A DNA stretch of 64,000 nucleotides from Phoronis australis (taxonomy: Eukaryota; Animalia; Phoronida), in NCBI GenBank assembly GCA_002633005.1, contig NMRA01000072.1, positions 1,043,957 to 1,107,956 on the forward strand. Direction: 5' to 3'. Positions 24,301-35,100 of this stretch are shown here, in pieces; within the stretch, counting starts at the first letter, position 1, and each line of letters begins with the position of its first letter. Both the position numbers and the translations under genes were made by a program. The notes under the pieces are model-generated. The model worked only from the letters and a program-made list of their open reading frames with translations, searched no databases and had not been told where the DNA came from.

Positions 24301-26328
24301 TAGGACATTAGTCACAACTGGATGAGTTTGAAAGGCATCTGGGCTATTGAATCTGATAACTGTGGAGACTGGGGAAAGCAGGTTTTGGTAATATCTCACA
24401 AATTGCAGACAAAAATAATTGCCAAAATTGTTTTTTTATTCCATTTCTTCTAACTTCGTTGCAAATGCCCAACTAAATCTGGTTGTAATTCTTTCTATAG
24501 TCGTAACTGTTATGTAACCGTCATGAAACCGTTACTAACCCCACCGGCAGTTTTAGTCACTAGTCGTCAGTGCTATCGCTTCACACTGAGTTGCAACAGA
24601 TTAACCACACGGTACATTTAAAACTTTTAAAACCAGTTTTAATGTGTTCAGGACTGAAAAGAGGACAGGCAAACATTTGTTGTGTTTAGAAACAAAAGAT
24701 CGGGTAGAAAAGGTGTGACAATTCAATCAGTATGCAAAGTCAAAAAAGCTAAACCTGAAAGAGGGTGCAGTGCCCTCTTATGACAGCCCACGGAGAACCC
24801 CGCATTTTACCCACCAAAACAATGGGACTGTAATTAGCAATGTTCCATCACCAAATACTAAATCGATCCAACAGCTGGTACACTTTAATATTTGGATTGC
24901 ATGGCACAGCAGTTGTGGTTGTAACAGCGAGCATTACAAATCCCTGTGGCAGAAAACCAAGTCACCAAACAAAATCTTACCCGCTTGCTCTAATAACACT
25001 TCCTCCCCACCAGGGTGCTGAAAACAAACAGAAAATCAGATCAAGTTATGGTACACAACTAAAAGGTGACTAAGCATGTAAGTAATGAATACAAATTGCA
25101 CATTTGCACAGCCTACACTGAAATCTCACTAATTTGTGACACAATATGGTTGGCACGTAAAATTTTCCTTTCTCATTATTTCATACAAGTTAAATAGCAC
25201 AAAATTAATACTTTCCTAATGTTTGAGTTTTGTATCATATTCACTAGCACACAATATTTTGAAAATTCCTGGGAACTGAACAATACAAGAGGACCTTGAA
25301 AAATGATAAAAGGGCACTTTTGGCAAATATTTTTGCATGAAATTGATGAGATTTTACTGAAGTTTGATTTGAAGATAAAGAATTCAAATACAGGTGGTGG
25401 AAACCAGCCACGACACAAAGACAAATTACCATGGAATAATTTACAGCGCACGTCAGGAGATATGACATCATACCACCTGCTGTGTGAAGTGTTAAAAATG
25501 GCCAGTTACCGATTTTGGAAACTGAACGAAGGACTGCTCGAAGAAACAGTTTGATATTTGTTTGAGTTGAAAAGAATTAAAGACATTGACAGCCTTCTAA
25601 GGTGTCCCTCTATGCACATGAGGTATTTATAACATGACTTTGATGTTTTAGTCAGTGTGAGACAAAATTCGCTGAAAAGCTTCCATTGTATGAAACGCCT
25701 ACAGGAGCTACACCGTCTCTACTGAGCCAGCTAGAGACAGTGGTCACAGCTGTGTATACGGTAGTCGGATATACTTTGATTTAAAGAGCCAGTTTCATCC
25801 ACCAAATAATCTCAAAAATTAAACACAAGGAATTCTGCATACATCCGCACACCAAGAGCAATGAAATGACAGTGATCAATTATTCCAATAGGGGCCAGAA
25901 GCTACTTCCTGTATTAAAATGATTACATCATTCCAGGGAATGATGAGCAAGATTCTGATTTGGGAATAAGGACAGGTCGAAGCAGGGCCGTTAATCGTCA
26001 TTCAGTGATTGCCTGGTAATCAAAATCAAGGTCAATTATATCTGACTAGTGCCCCTTCTTTACTAATATACTAGAGGTATGTTCTAAAAGATCAAAACAA
26101 GCTCACATGCCATCCACGACGGATAGCAAAAGCAGGCATGAAAAGTGAGACGTGATTATTTGATATGCCAATTTCGTTCGATTCGATTGAAGCTACTTTA
26201 CTTACCTCTTCTAAAAACTTTGTTATGTCGTACACTTTATTATTAATTACGACCCAGCAGCTCTTGCCATTATTGTTTTTCTTAACATCTTCGAGAGCGT
26301 ACTGTTTTAACTTTTTATCTTCCGACAT
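9280..26328 (-). CDS. CYB5: Cytochrome b5, tail-anchored membrane form, complete, 6 exons, 132 aa
   Basis: Exons 26328-26206, 25017-24981, 23203-23112 (second copy 17888-17797), 14593-14567, 11945-11908, 9361-9280 (399 nt). Heme-ligand motifs HPGG and GHS are present, and the C-terminal TM segment reads [26 protein letters not shown]. Confidence 0.95.
11908..11945 (-). CDS. CYB5: Cytochrome b5 exon 5
   Basis: [12 protein letters not shown]+AG, phase 0-2, donor gtgagt; matches the phase of the last exon. Confidence 0.8.
12300..13450. repeat. Degenerate internally repetitive interspersed element
   Basis: Recurrent blocks such as gacaccaaaaac...aaaatggc.a.taggtgg at about 12738-12770 and 13147-13191, and tcaaggaacttgg at about 12310 and 12449. 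Confidence 0.5.
14567..14593 (-). CDS. CYB5: Cytochrome b5 exon 4 (27-nt microexon)
   Basis: tttcttttctgttacag|GCAGACCGAATGGCAGACCGAAAGCGG|gtatgt = ADRMADRKR, phase 0-0; supplies the conserved xDR after GEL. Confidence 0.85.
15742..18146. repeat. Duplicated block B (homologous to 20506-23473), probable uncollapsed haplotype
   Basis: Colinear near-identity with SNPs and indels; the two copies are separated by a gap. Confidence 0.9.
17797..17888 (-). CDS. CYB5: Cytochrome b5 exon 3 (copy B, probable allelic duplicate)
   Basis: Same peptide as copy A; donor gtaagt; lies inside the duplicated block. Confidence 0.8.
18147..19708. mobile_element. Non-autonomous Kolobok-like DNA transposon (about 1.56 kb)
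   Basis: TTAA TSD at 18143-18146 and 19709-19712; TIR aaggggactgta / tacagttccctt (11/12); RR...YY termini; empty TTAA site at 23470-23473 in the other copy. Confidence 0.8.
19713..20505. other. Assembly gap
   Basis: Run of N. Confidence 1.
22077..22581 (-). mobile_element. 505-bp MITE, 13-bp TIR, 6-bp TSD
   Basis: TIR cagggcttggaat / attccaagccctg; TSD attata at 22071-22076 and 22582-22587; absent from the homologous site 17339-17344; second copy at 38972-39438. Confidence 0.93.
22819..22940. repeat. 25-bp VNTR ctggctacaattgtggaacaatcgt
   Basis: Units start at 22819, 22844, 22869 and 22894, plus a diverged fifth; only two units in block B (about 17565-17620). Confidence 0.9.
23112..23203 (-). 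CDS. CYB5: Cytochrome b5 exon 3 (copy A)
   Basis: [30 protein letters not shown]; donor gtatgt. Confidence 0.9.
23223..23567 (+). mobile_element. Partial copy of the MITE at 54364-54750
   Basis: Shared gtgtccacac...gtgtgacaatg...taattacttcc...tgcggccacacag and terminal ttgttctagggtaagtctgt...gcact. Confidence 0.7.
24981..25017 (-). CDS. CYB5: Cytochrome b5 exon 2
   Basis: [12 protein letters not shown]+G; acceptor ttttcag, donor gtaaga. Confidence 0.95.
26206..26328 (-). CDS. CYB5: Cytochrome b5 exon 1
   Basis: [41 protein letters not shown]; donor gtaagt. Confidence 0.95.
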
Positions 26329-27475
26329 TCTGTCACAGACTCACACAACTTTCCAGCTTTCAGGTGACCGGGCACAAATCACAAACTGCGCCTGTGCGGA
26401 AATGGATGACCGCAGAGCAATATGGGTGATTTCCTTTGAAATATATTTCTTTTGAAAAAAACAATTAGCACTTAGATGTGAATGATTAACAGTTAGGTTT
26501 TGGAATTTTGCCAATATTTTATACAAGAAAACTTCGAATTTATTTCTATCGTGTTCGCTTTTGTGAAAAGTTTTCGGTCACACCTCCGACAATCGACCAA
26601 TTAACATTTAATAGGTCAGTAAGCATTCTTTCAGGTCATTTTTCTGGTGAAATTTCCTTGAAGGCACAGAGGTTGAGAAACAGCGGAGACAGGTACCGTT
26701 TTTGTTTTTCCTCCAGTCATTTTATAGGATCTACTCTTTAAGTCTTATAATTCTCTGTTTTGTCTGTGTTATTGTCGATTACGGATGCAGAAGATTGATG
26801 AGTCAAGTTGACAATCAAGCAACCCCGTTTTTAGTTAAAAATTGTCTTCTTGCTAGTCACGCCGAGAGGTAGGCAATTACATCGCAATGGATGCCGCAGC
26901 AATGGATGTCGCAGGCAGACAGGGGCGATAGTATATCCCCATAAAAAGTTACGCATTTCAAAGTACAGCATATAAAATCGAATGAAACATGCATAAACGT
27001 ACATGGAGTTATAATTAACACATACCATGACTCTGAATACAATTTATTCAACATAACGTGAACGTATAGTAGGGAGGACAACGTTTTTAAAAATTTTTTT
27101 ACAATACCCATGTGTCATACATTTTTGAAAAGCCCTTGGTGTGAGAAGTGAAATGGTGCAAAAATCAGAAAAACTGGATGGCCGTTGCGTAAAAGATCTG
27201 CCTTTTTACATAATTTTGTAAAAAATAAAAGAATATACATGTGCTGCATGGAGACAAATATGGTGGTGTGTATTATATAAAATTTGGATCAATTTATACA
27301 GAGATATTGCTGTTTAAGTGTGTTGTTAGCATATAGAACAGGCTCATTATAAACCTCATGTTTGATGAAAACAATGGATTACACAGCTTAAAAGGTAAAG
27401 AGCAAAGACACCACATCAGCTCAGAAATAAATACATCTGAGCTAGGAGGAAATTTCACATCAAATCACAAGATCA

Positions 27476-27641
27476 CATTGGTGGATTTGGGGGGTGGTAA
27501 GGGGGCCAGCCTGTGGCCCCCTCTAAAACTCCCATGAGATCTCATTTGGCAGTTTGAGGGTGCAAATATCTTACGGGTAAAATCCTGCGTAATACATTGC
27601 CCTGCCCCCCCTCCTATCTAAAAATCCTAGATCTGCCCCTG
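27476..27641 (-). mobile_element. Diverged copy of the 161-bp MITE family
   Basis: Ends aaaatcctagatctgcccctg; internal taatacattgccctgccccc is the reverse complement of the 2293 copy. Confidence 0.7.
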
Positions 27642-28460
27642 AATACTACTACATGGGCAACACATCATTGCCTGACAGGGTGCTGGGGGAGGCTATAGCT
27701 CCCCCACTTTTTTCAGTGCTGGGTGCCACCCATGTACTATTAGATTGTATCATGGCAAAAAACATCAGAAAGTAGACAAAAGACCATTTGGGAAAACAAA
27801 TCACTCTTAACATGAAGGATTTCATCATTTACGCAACAAAAACTTTGTAACAACTTTATTTCGAACGGTGAAGTTGCGATGCCATTGAACTTCAACATAG
27901 CCACTGGTGGCGCTGACATGCGGCGACTTAGTGAACTAATGACTGCTGTTTGAAAAGTGCCAGTGCGCAGCAGTTTGACAGAATTTCTGAAAATGAAATA
28001 ATTACCAATTAAAAGAGTGATAAATTCCTCATCTAAAAATCAGGGGGGGGGACATATTGCGCAACTGGAAAAACATCAATCTCCCGACCGACCAAAATTA
28101 GGCCTTCCGGACGATCGAAAACTCGCCATGAAAACTTGGCCTTGACTTCGAGAAAACAGCTTGCGCACACATCTAAACTACATCCTGTCCAAATTTCATG
28201 TTTGTATTTGAGAGTATAGTGCTCTTTTGGATATGAGGAACAAGAGGCACTTATTCGAAAGTTGATTGCATGGCGGAAAATCGTGCGCTAAAAAAATTAC
28301 AAAAGTGATTCTACGTATAGAACAATGAATGCCGAACCAATCTTGGTTTGTAATAGCGATTATCACAACATCTGTATACAGCTGCGGGATCAATGCCCTA
28401 CTGATGCACAGAATTATGGGTAAATACTGCAGAATCAGATGGTGCTGTAAGTGCAGCACA

Positions 28461-28591
28461 TGACCAGCAGGTTGCCAATGTGACCTCAAATTGTGTCTGG
28501 TGACCTGACCACTGCGAATATCAGTCAGACAATAATTCCCTCTAAATTTGTTTCAAATATTGCATTGACCTCACAACTTTTAATTACTAAC
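28461..28591 (+). promoter_or_regulatory. Candidate TAT regulatory cluster (nuclear-receptor half-sites, CCAAT, HNF1-like site)
   Basis: TGACCA 28461, TGACCT 28481, TGACCT 28501 (overlapping TGACCA 28506), TGACCT 28566; CCAAT 28475; tttaattactaac 28579-28591. Motif matches only. Confidence 0.35.
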
Positions 28592-28977
28592 ACTATATGC
28601 GTTCTATGTTCCTTCATCAACGGCTGGAAATGAGTTATAGAATGAACGTACGCCTACGTTTAGGCATTTACTGGAAAAAATTGGAGGAGCGCAAGAGAAT
28701 GGGCGGTGTTACAGCCATTTGACCTTTTTTTAACCAGAAAGGAAACTTTAGAATTTTTTCGCCCTCCTTGAATTTCAGTTTTGGCATTTTGGCGACTTCA
28801 GATTTCATTTGGCGAGCTGAAAATTTTGCCAGGTGGCCAAATGCGACTTGGCATCTAACTAATCGTGTAGTGCTGATTGAAGTGGCTATTTGTTTCGAGT
28901 CCATTGCACTATTCTTGTATGACTTCTCCAGAACCAGTTTGAACACTACTGTCATTTTGTATTTTTACATTCCAGTC

Positions 28978-29137
28978 ATGATCAGGATGAATGGGAATAA
29001 GAAACGGCGTACGCAGAACACATGGAACATTCCTTCCTCCAAAATGGCCAAGCAGTGTATCAACCCTATAAGGCAGATTGTTGATTCCATGAAAGTCGCG
29101 CCAAATCCAGAAAAGGATCTCATTGCTTTGTCAATAG
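28978..29137 (+). CDS. TAT: TAT coding exon 1
   Basis: [53 protein letters not shown]+G; alternative ATG at 28987. Confidence 0.9.
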
Positions 29138-32100
29138 GTGATTGTTGGATAAAACCTTGACATGACTCATTTTGCTTTGTTTGAATTATTATCAAGTATG
29201 AGTATTCTCAAAAAGTTCCTTCAATCCATGGTATAATGAGTCATCAAACTCTAGTATTGATATATAGTCATTATCATTCATGGTATTTATCAAAAGGCTG
29301 ATCCTACCTAAGATGGTAGCTAGTACGTGATTGGGAATGCAATGCTACCTTTTTCAAACAAAACATTTCAAACTTATGCAAATTTAAGTGTGTTTTCAAA
29401 TTTATTGAATTCTATATGACCTTTGATAAAATGGGCCTCTGAAGTTGATATCAATTGCTGTAACTACTTGCCTGTCTTATAAGAGCAATTGCACGCTTTT
29501 TCAGGAGATCCAACTATATTTGGAAACTTGCCATTTGCTGAAGAGATCCAAAGTGCTGTTGCTGAAAAGTTGTCTAGTGGAAGATGTAATGGCTATGGAA
29601 AAAGTTATGGTAAGGTTGGAAGTGCAGTTATTCAATCAACTTGCACACAAACAGTAAAAGGCGACCTTGATTCATTACCAAGGGTCAAATTCCTCAAACG
29701 AAAGCGGTCTGATGGAGGGATATTTGGTGAAATCGACTGAAGAGGGAGCATGCCAAGTTTGCGATTTCCAACATTTTGATCTTGGAGTTTTTGCTGTTTT
29801 GGACCAGTTGATGGCAGAATGACACAGTTTTAAAATAATTTTCAAAATAACCCAGTTTCTATGGACTTGATTTCTAAACTTGGTTAGGAAACAAATCTTC
29901 GAAGCAGCGTTTGAATGGTTATTTTACCAGGTGAGTATACTTAAAGTGGCTGCAAACTCGCTTCCTGTCACAAATCCAACTTTTGATTTAGAACACTTAC
30001 TTTTACGAAATTGGTCTTGCATTGTTTCTTAGTCGAACTAGAAGTGCTTTGTGCAGTACGTTCTAACTGATATTTTTTGTTATTACATGATACTAGGCAC
30101 AACAAGTTGGTTTGCTGTGTGTCATTTTATGCGCTAAAGTGGTCGCAAGTAATGATTACCTGTCAGTTTTTTGTAAGTTTAGAAATCTGTCTAATCTGAA
30201 GTAAGAATCAAGTCAAGACCAATTTTATAGCGACAACACAGCTGTGTATGCCTCCTATTTAGATTTGTTTTCCTTAAGTAAACTTAATTTTTTGCCAAAT
30301 ATGCAATTCTGTACTCTCCCAGGTTAAAGTACAAACATTGCCAAATTTGCACGTCACATTTTCACATCTTAATCTTCCTTTCTGCCAGTTCACAGAAACG
30401 ATTGTCACGCATTATTTACTTTTTACGTCATAATAATAAAACTAAGTACTACGATGCAGTACTATTTTATTAATTTGTTTGGTTGAACAAAAAGCTCAGT
30501 CAAAGATGGCTCTAAAATTTCCAAACATGTCTCATTTGAATACATATTAATTTGGTTTCACAAGTCAAAGGGACTAAACTATCCATGATAGATTAAAAAA
30601 TACGAGGTTTCAAAATCTATGAATCTAGAATCATTAATTCTGTTTGGAGTCAGTCAGATGATGAGCAATTATTTGTCTGTTTCATGTGTACACACAGTTC
30701 TTGACTTATAATTTTGCTACGTCTGTTTAGTTCATGCAAGTTTTGGTTAACACGTTGATCCAGGGTCATTTTGTCATTTTCAGTTCCTCTTTCATCCAAA
30801 CTCAAGATAAGTGTCTATAATTCTGTGCTGGAGTCAATTATGCTTCAGGTGGATGACTCCCATTCTAGTTTGCACTTGTTGACCCTGGAGTTAAGGCTAC
30901 AAGTTCGAGTGTGAACTAGAAATCTCGAATTTGTAGCTGGAATCTAGGGGTCATCAGGTGCAAACTTGGACTGTAGAAACCTATGTGCATAAATCTTATC
31001 TTGGCTTCACACAAAAGAAGAATGAAATATCTCAAAAATAATTTCAAGTTCAATTTCGAGTTCAAAGATTAGACCCTGGACCCAGAACATGGTATATGGC
31101 GGCATAACGTTATGTTGGACCTTATCTTCAAGTCTATGCCAAACATTTATAAAGCTGTAGATTTCAGCTCGGTAAAAGTATATATTTTCTGAAAGTAGAA
31201 AATCTGCAGAATTTGAATTTTGTCTTTTTACCAATCCCATTAATTGGATCACTGCCCTTAGTAAAATTTAAAAAAATTAAAGGTACATTGATAGCAATGC
31301 AGCGGTATGAATAACGTGACCAAATTTAATGTAAATGTCCAATGTTCAAAAATTTTCTAAATTATCATTCTGTTTTCGTTTAATCCAATTGTTAAGCTTT
31401 TTCACGAAAATAATAAAAAATCACATTTTTATAGCCCTTCATGCAAAAGTGAAATTTAAAACAATTGCTAATAGCTGGAGAACACTGCATCGACCATAGT
31501 ATCATCATTTGAATCTGACGAGCTCTTTTTGAGATATGATGTTCCAAAGACAGCCAGTTTTTTCTAGAACCTACAGAACTTTAAGAAATATGGAGTAACA
31601 GTTGTTGATTAGTTTTGTCCTGTTCGGATTCCAGGTATTGATGAAGCTAGACAGGCAGTAGCCACATATGAGAATGACCATGGCTGCGGGCCAGTCACAA
31701 TGGACGTAAGTTGGATGTCCCAGTCACAGTCTCTTGTTGCAAGAAGTTGAATTCTTGCTCCAAGATCTACAATTGATGTGAGGTTGTACAGATGAACTGC
31801 CGAGACTGGACAGCTTTTTCTTTGCTTTGCCTAGAGAATGCGTTGCTCACCTACGGTACAGGTTCTCCAGCATGGGACTGTCTAAAATTTGGAGCACTGA
31901 AATTCAAGCTGAAATTGGAATTTTCATGGTTCTCAAAATAGGGACATAAGTAAATTTGGTTTTTATCATATTCTTCAAATGTTGAACACTGCATTTTGTA
32001 TCAACAAAGTCCGAGACAAAATTGGCTGCCAACACAAAATTTGTCTTTCAGATTATTCTTTAATTTGGGACAACCAATATTACCTATTTCTAAAATGGTA

Positions 32101-35100
32101 CGATCTCCGACTTTAAGCAAAGTAGCAAAATTTCCACTCTTCCAAACTGGATAATTTTCATCACACGTTGCTGACTATTACTAAAAGGCCGCACTCGGTA
32201 CAGGTCAGAGATTGCTTAAAGTTCTGCTGGCATGCTTATTACAGTTTTGATAAAACATTTCAGTTTGAATATGAAGAGCATGCTGTTAACAGTTACCTTG
32301 CACGTTATCATAAGTGTACTGCCTTCGTCGCCACCAGAAACAAACAAAATAGTCACTCAGTCAGTGATGTCATGAACAGAGTTATAGTGGGCAACATGCA
32401 CTTTGTAATCTGTTAATCATGCCAAACACTGTGTTTCTGTCATGTTGTTTGTAGTGATGGGCTACTCTGGTAAATTAATATCAAGTTTACTGACAATGTG
32501 TACATTTTGTCTAACAAATGATCGTTTTTGATTTCACGACCTCAACAGTTATCGCTTTAATTCATAAAGCATAAATGGCGGACAAACTGGTTGCCTCAGT
32601 TGGATGTCAGTTCATGATCAAACGATTTGAGTTGACGCAGGCCATAATTAATGTCCAAACCTTTCCAACCATTGTAGTCACTCATAGAAGTCTGGGTCAC
32701 CTTTTTATCGAGTTGAAAGTTTAATGTTCAGGCACTTACTAATTGAGTTGCTGGCTAGGTGAAATTCTATGATGGACGTATGAGCATACCTTGTCAACCG
32801 ATAGCGAACGCCCTCTCTGATTCTTTACCTACATTGTTCCTCATCAGCTGGACACTTTGGCTGCAGCTGCATATTGTAATACTGTACTAATCACTGTCTG
32901 ATGTTAACATTAGTTTGGTGTTTGTCATTCTGAAGTACAAGTCACTAAAGCTATATTGTTATATGATGTAGGGCATGATAAATCATTGTTCACTTGCCCA
33001 AACTCCTGCTCAGAAGCGTAATAATAGCACCCCTAACTTTCGAAACTAGTTCAATCTTATAGTGTCTTTTTCTACCTCCGCAAAGAGGAGAGTTTAATCT
33101 GCGATGTGGGAATTTGTGTTCATCCTCTCATTACCTGCAGTACAGCTTTCTCTGGTTCAATGGCCTTCAGTTCCAGACAACAGAGTTGCTGAAAGTGGGG
33201 TAAAATCTTTTAACATCATTGTCTGGTCCATGTAGCCGTTTTCTGCCATCACAACATGCAGCCACACTTCTTAACAGTTACTTAAAACCCAATTATTCAA
33301 TGAAGCTCAGCCAAACTTGGATAAGTTTTTATTGAAATTTGGGCAATTAACAAGTACGGTCATGATGGTTTGGAGTCACGATGCAGTTTACTAAATCAAT
33401 CATACAGAGTCTGCTGAGTTGTTTTAATTCTATTGAATACAAGTTACACTGCACCCGAGAAAGTTGTATAAAGAGCCTTCTGTTTGGAAGATTCATTAGC
33501 CCTTATTGCATTCGAAGCTGTGGTTATCTGTTTTTATGCAGTATCATAATGTTGTGTACAGGTAATTATTATGTATTCCGTGTTCTCTTGCTACATGTAC
33601 TTAAACATGGCACTGCTCCGTGTTTAAAAAGCTCTGGCCATATTTGGAAATCTTGAGTCCTATTTGATAAGCTGTTAGCCATATTTGGAAAGCATATTTA
33701 GAATGTTGAGCCATGCTTGAAGTTGAGTTTTTGTTTGCTTTACAAGACAAATGATTGACACAGTGATGCTTAGTTGTACTTATTTTTTTATTCTATGTAA
33801 CCATGGCAGTGACATGCTCAGCAAATGGAAATGTTTTTATAGTTGTTTCTGTGATTAGCAAAAAGGCAGATCAAGATTAGAATGCGAAAACTCCACTCAC
33901 TAATTTGCACCATGTTTGCTATTTGCTAAGGGAGAAACCCCGAGTGCTATTAATATGTAGGTTTACTGTGCTCATAACATGTGTCTATATTTGCCATCAT
34001 TCAGGATGTCATCCTTGCAAGCGGCGGTTCACATGCCCTAGAGATGTGCATCTTGGTGTTGGCCAACCCTGGGCAGAATATCTTAGTTCCCAGGCCAGGA
34101 TTTTCCCTCTACAAAACTCTGGCTAATGCCAGTGGTATAGACGTTCGGCACTATAACCTTCTGGTGAGTACATCTACTGGAAGAAAGAACGAAATTCCAT
34201 TCAGGCTGCATTATGCAAAATTCCTCACTCTGGTCTGGTTTATCTAAACAGATCGGTTTTCATTCATGAATACACACTCAAGAAGTTGACCAGAAGTAGT
34301 GATGATCACTTTCTTATCACACCTAAATTCAGAATCTTTACAAGCTGACGTTCTTTCTACTTCAGAGTCACAGTGTCGCTTAATATTTCAACCCCTTCCG
34401 TTCGGAAAACTGCCACTTTAACACTTTAAAGTGAAATGTTCCACTTGTGACCAGTATGTGCCATTTGAATAATCTTGTTTTTGCCAAATCCTTGTTTTTT
34501 CAGTTGTTATACCGTGATATTCTGAGTACCATTTATTTGCTAAGATGATGGTCACTATTCAGTTGTGTTAGTTTTGTAATCTCTTCAAATCTCAAAGTCT
34601 ATCGAAAAATGTCTGTATCTTTTTCCACAGCCCGATAAAGATTGGGAAGCCGATCTGGAGCATATGGAATCATTGATTGACGATGATACTGTTGCCATAG
34701 TAACCAATAATCCGTCCAATCCATGTGGTTCTGTCTTCAGTGCAGAACACATCAAGGCGATTTTGTCTGTGGCTGAGATACACTGTCTGCCTATCATAGC
34801 AGATGAAATTTACGCACATGTGGTTAGTGAAATATCCATTCTTGTACTATGTAAAGGAACACCTGAACCTATTGAAGAGATAAGTTGTCTGCGCATGTTT
34901 ACATGGCTTTATTTGTAGTTGCTGAGAGACCAGTGCTGAGCTCCACAGACGCAAGAATCTTGCTACCAAAGCTATAGTGTGATCATGTGCTTTGCTTGTA
35001 ATGTATGATGTGATAGTGCTTTTTTGCTAATGTATTGTAGAGTGGGCACCATTTATAGTAATGCATAGTTTTACCTGAGTTTTTTGCACAAGTCAGAAAT

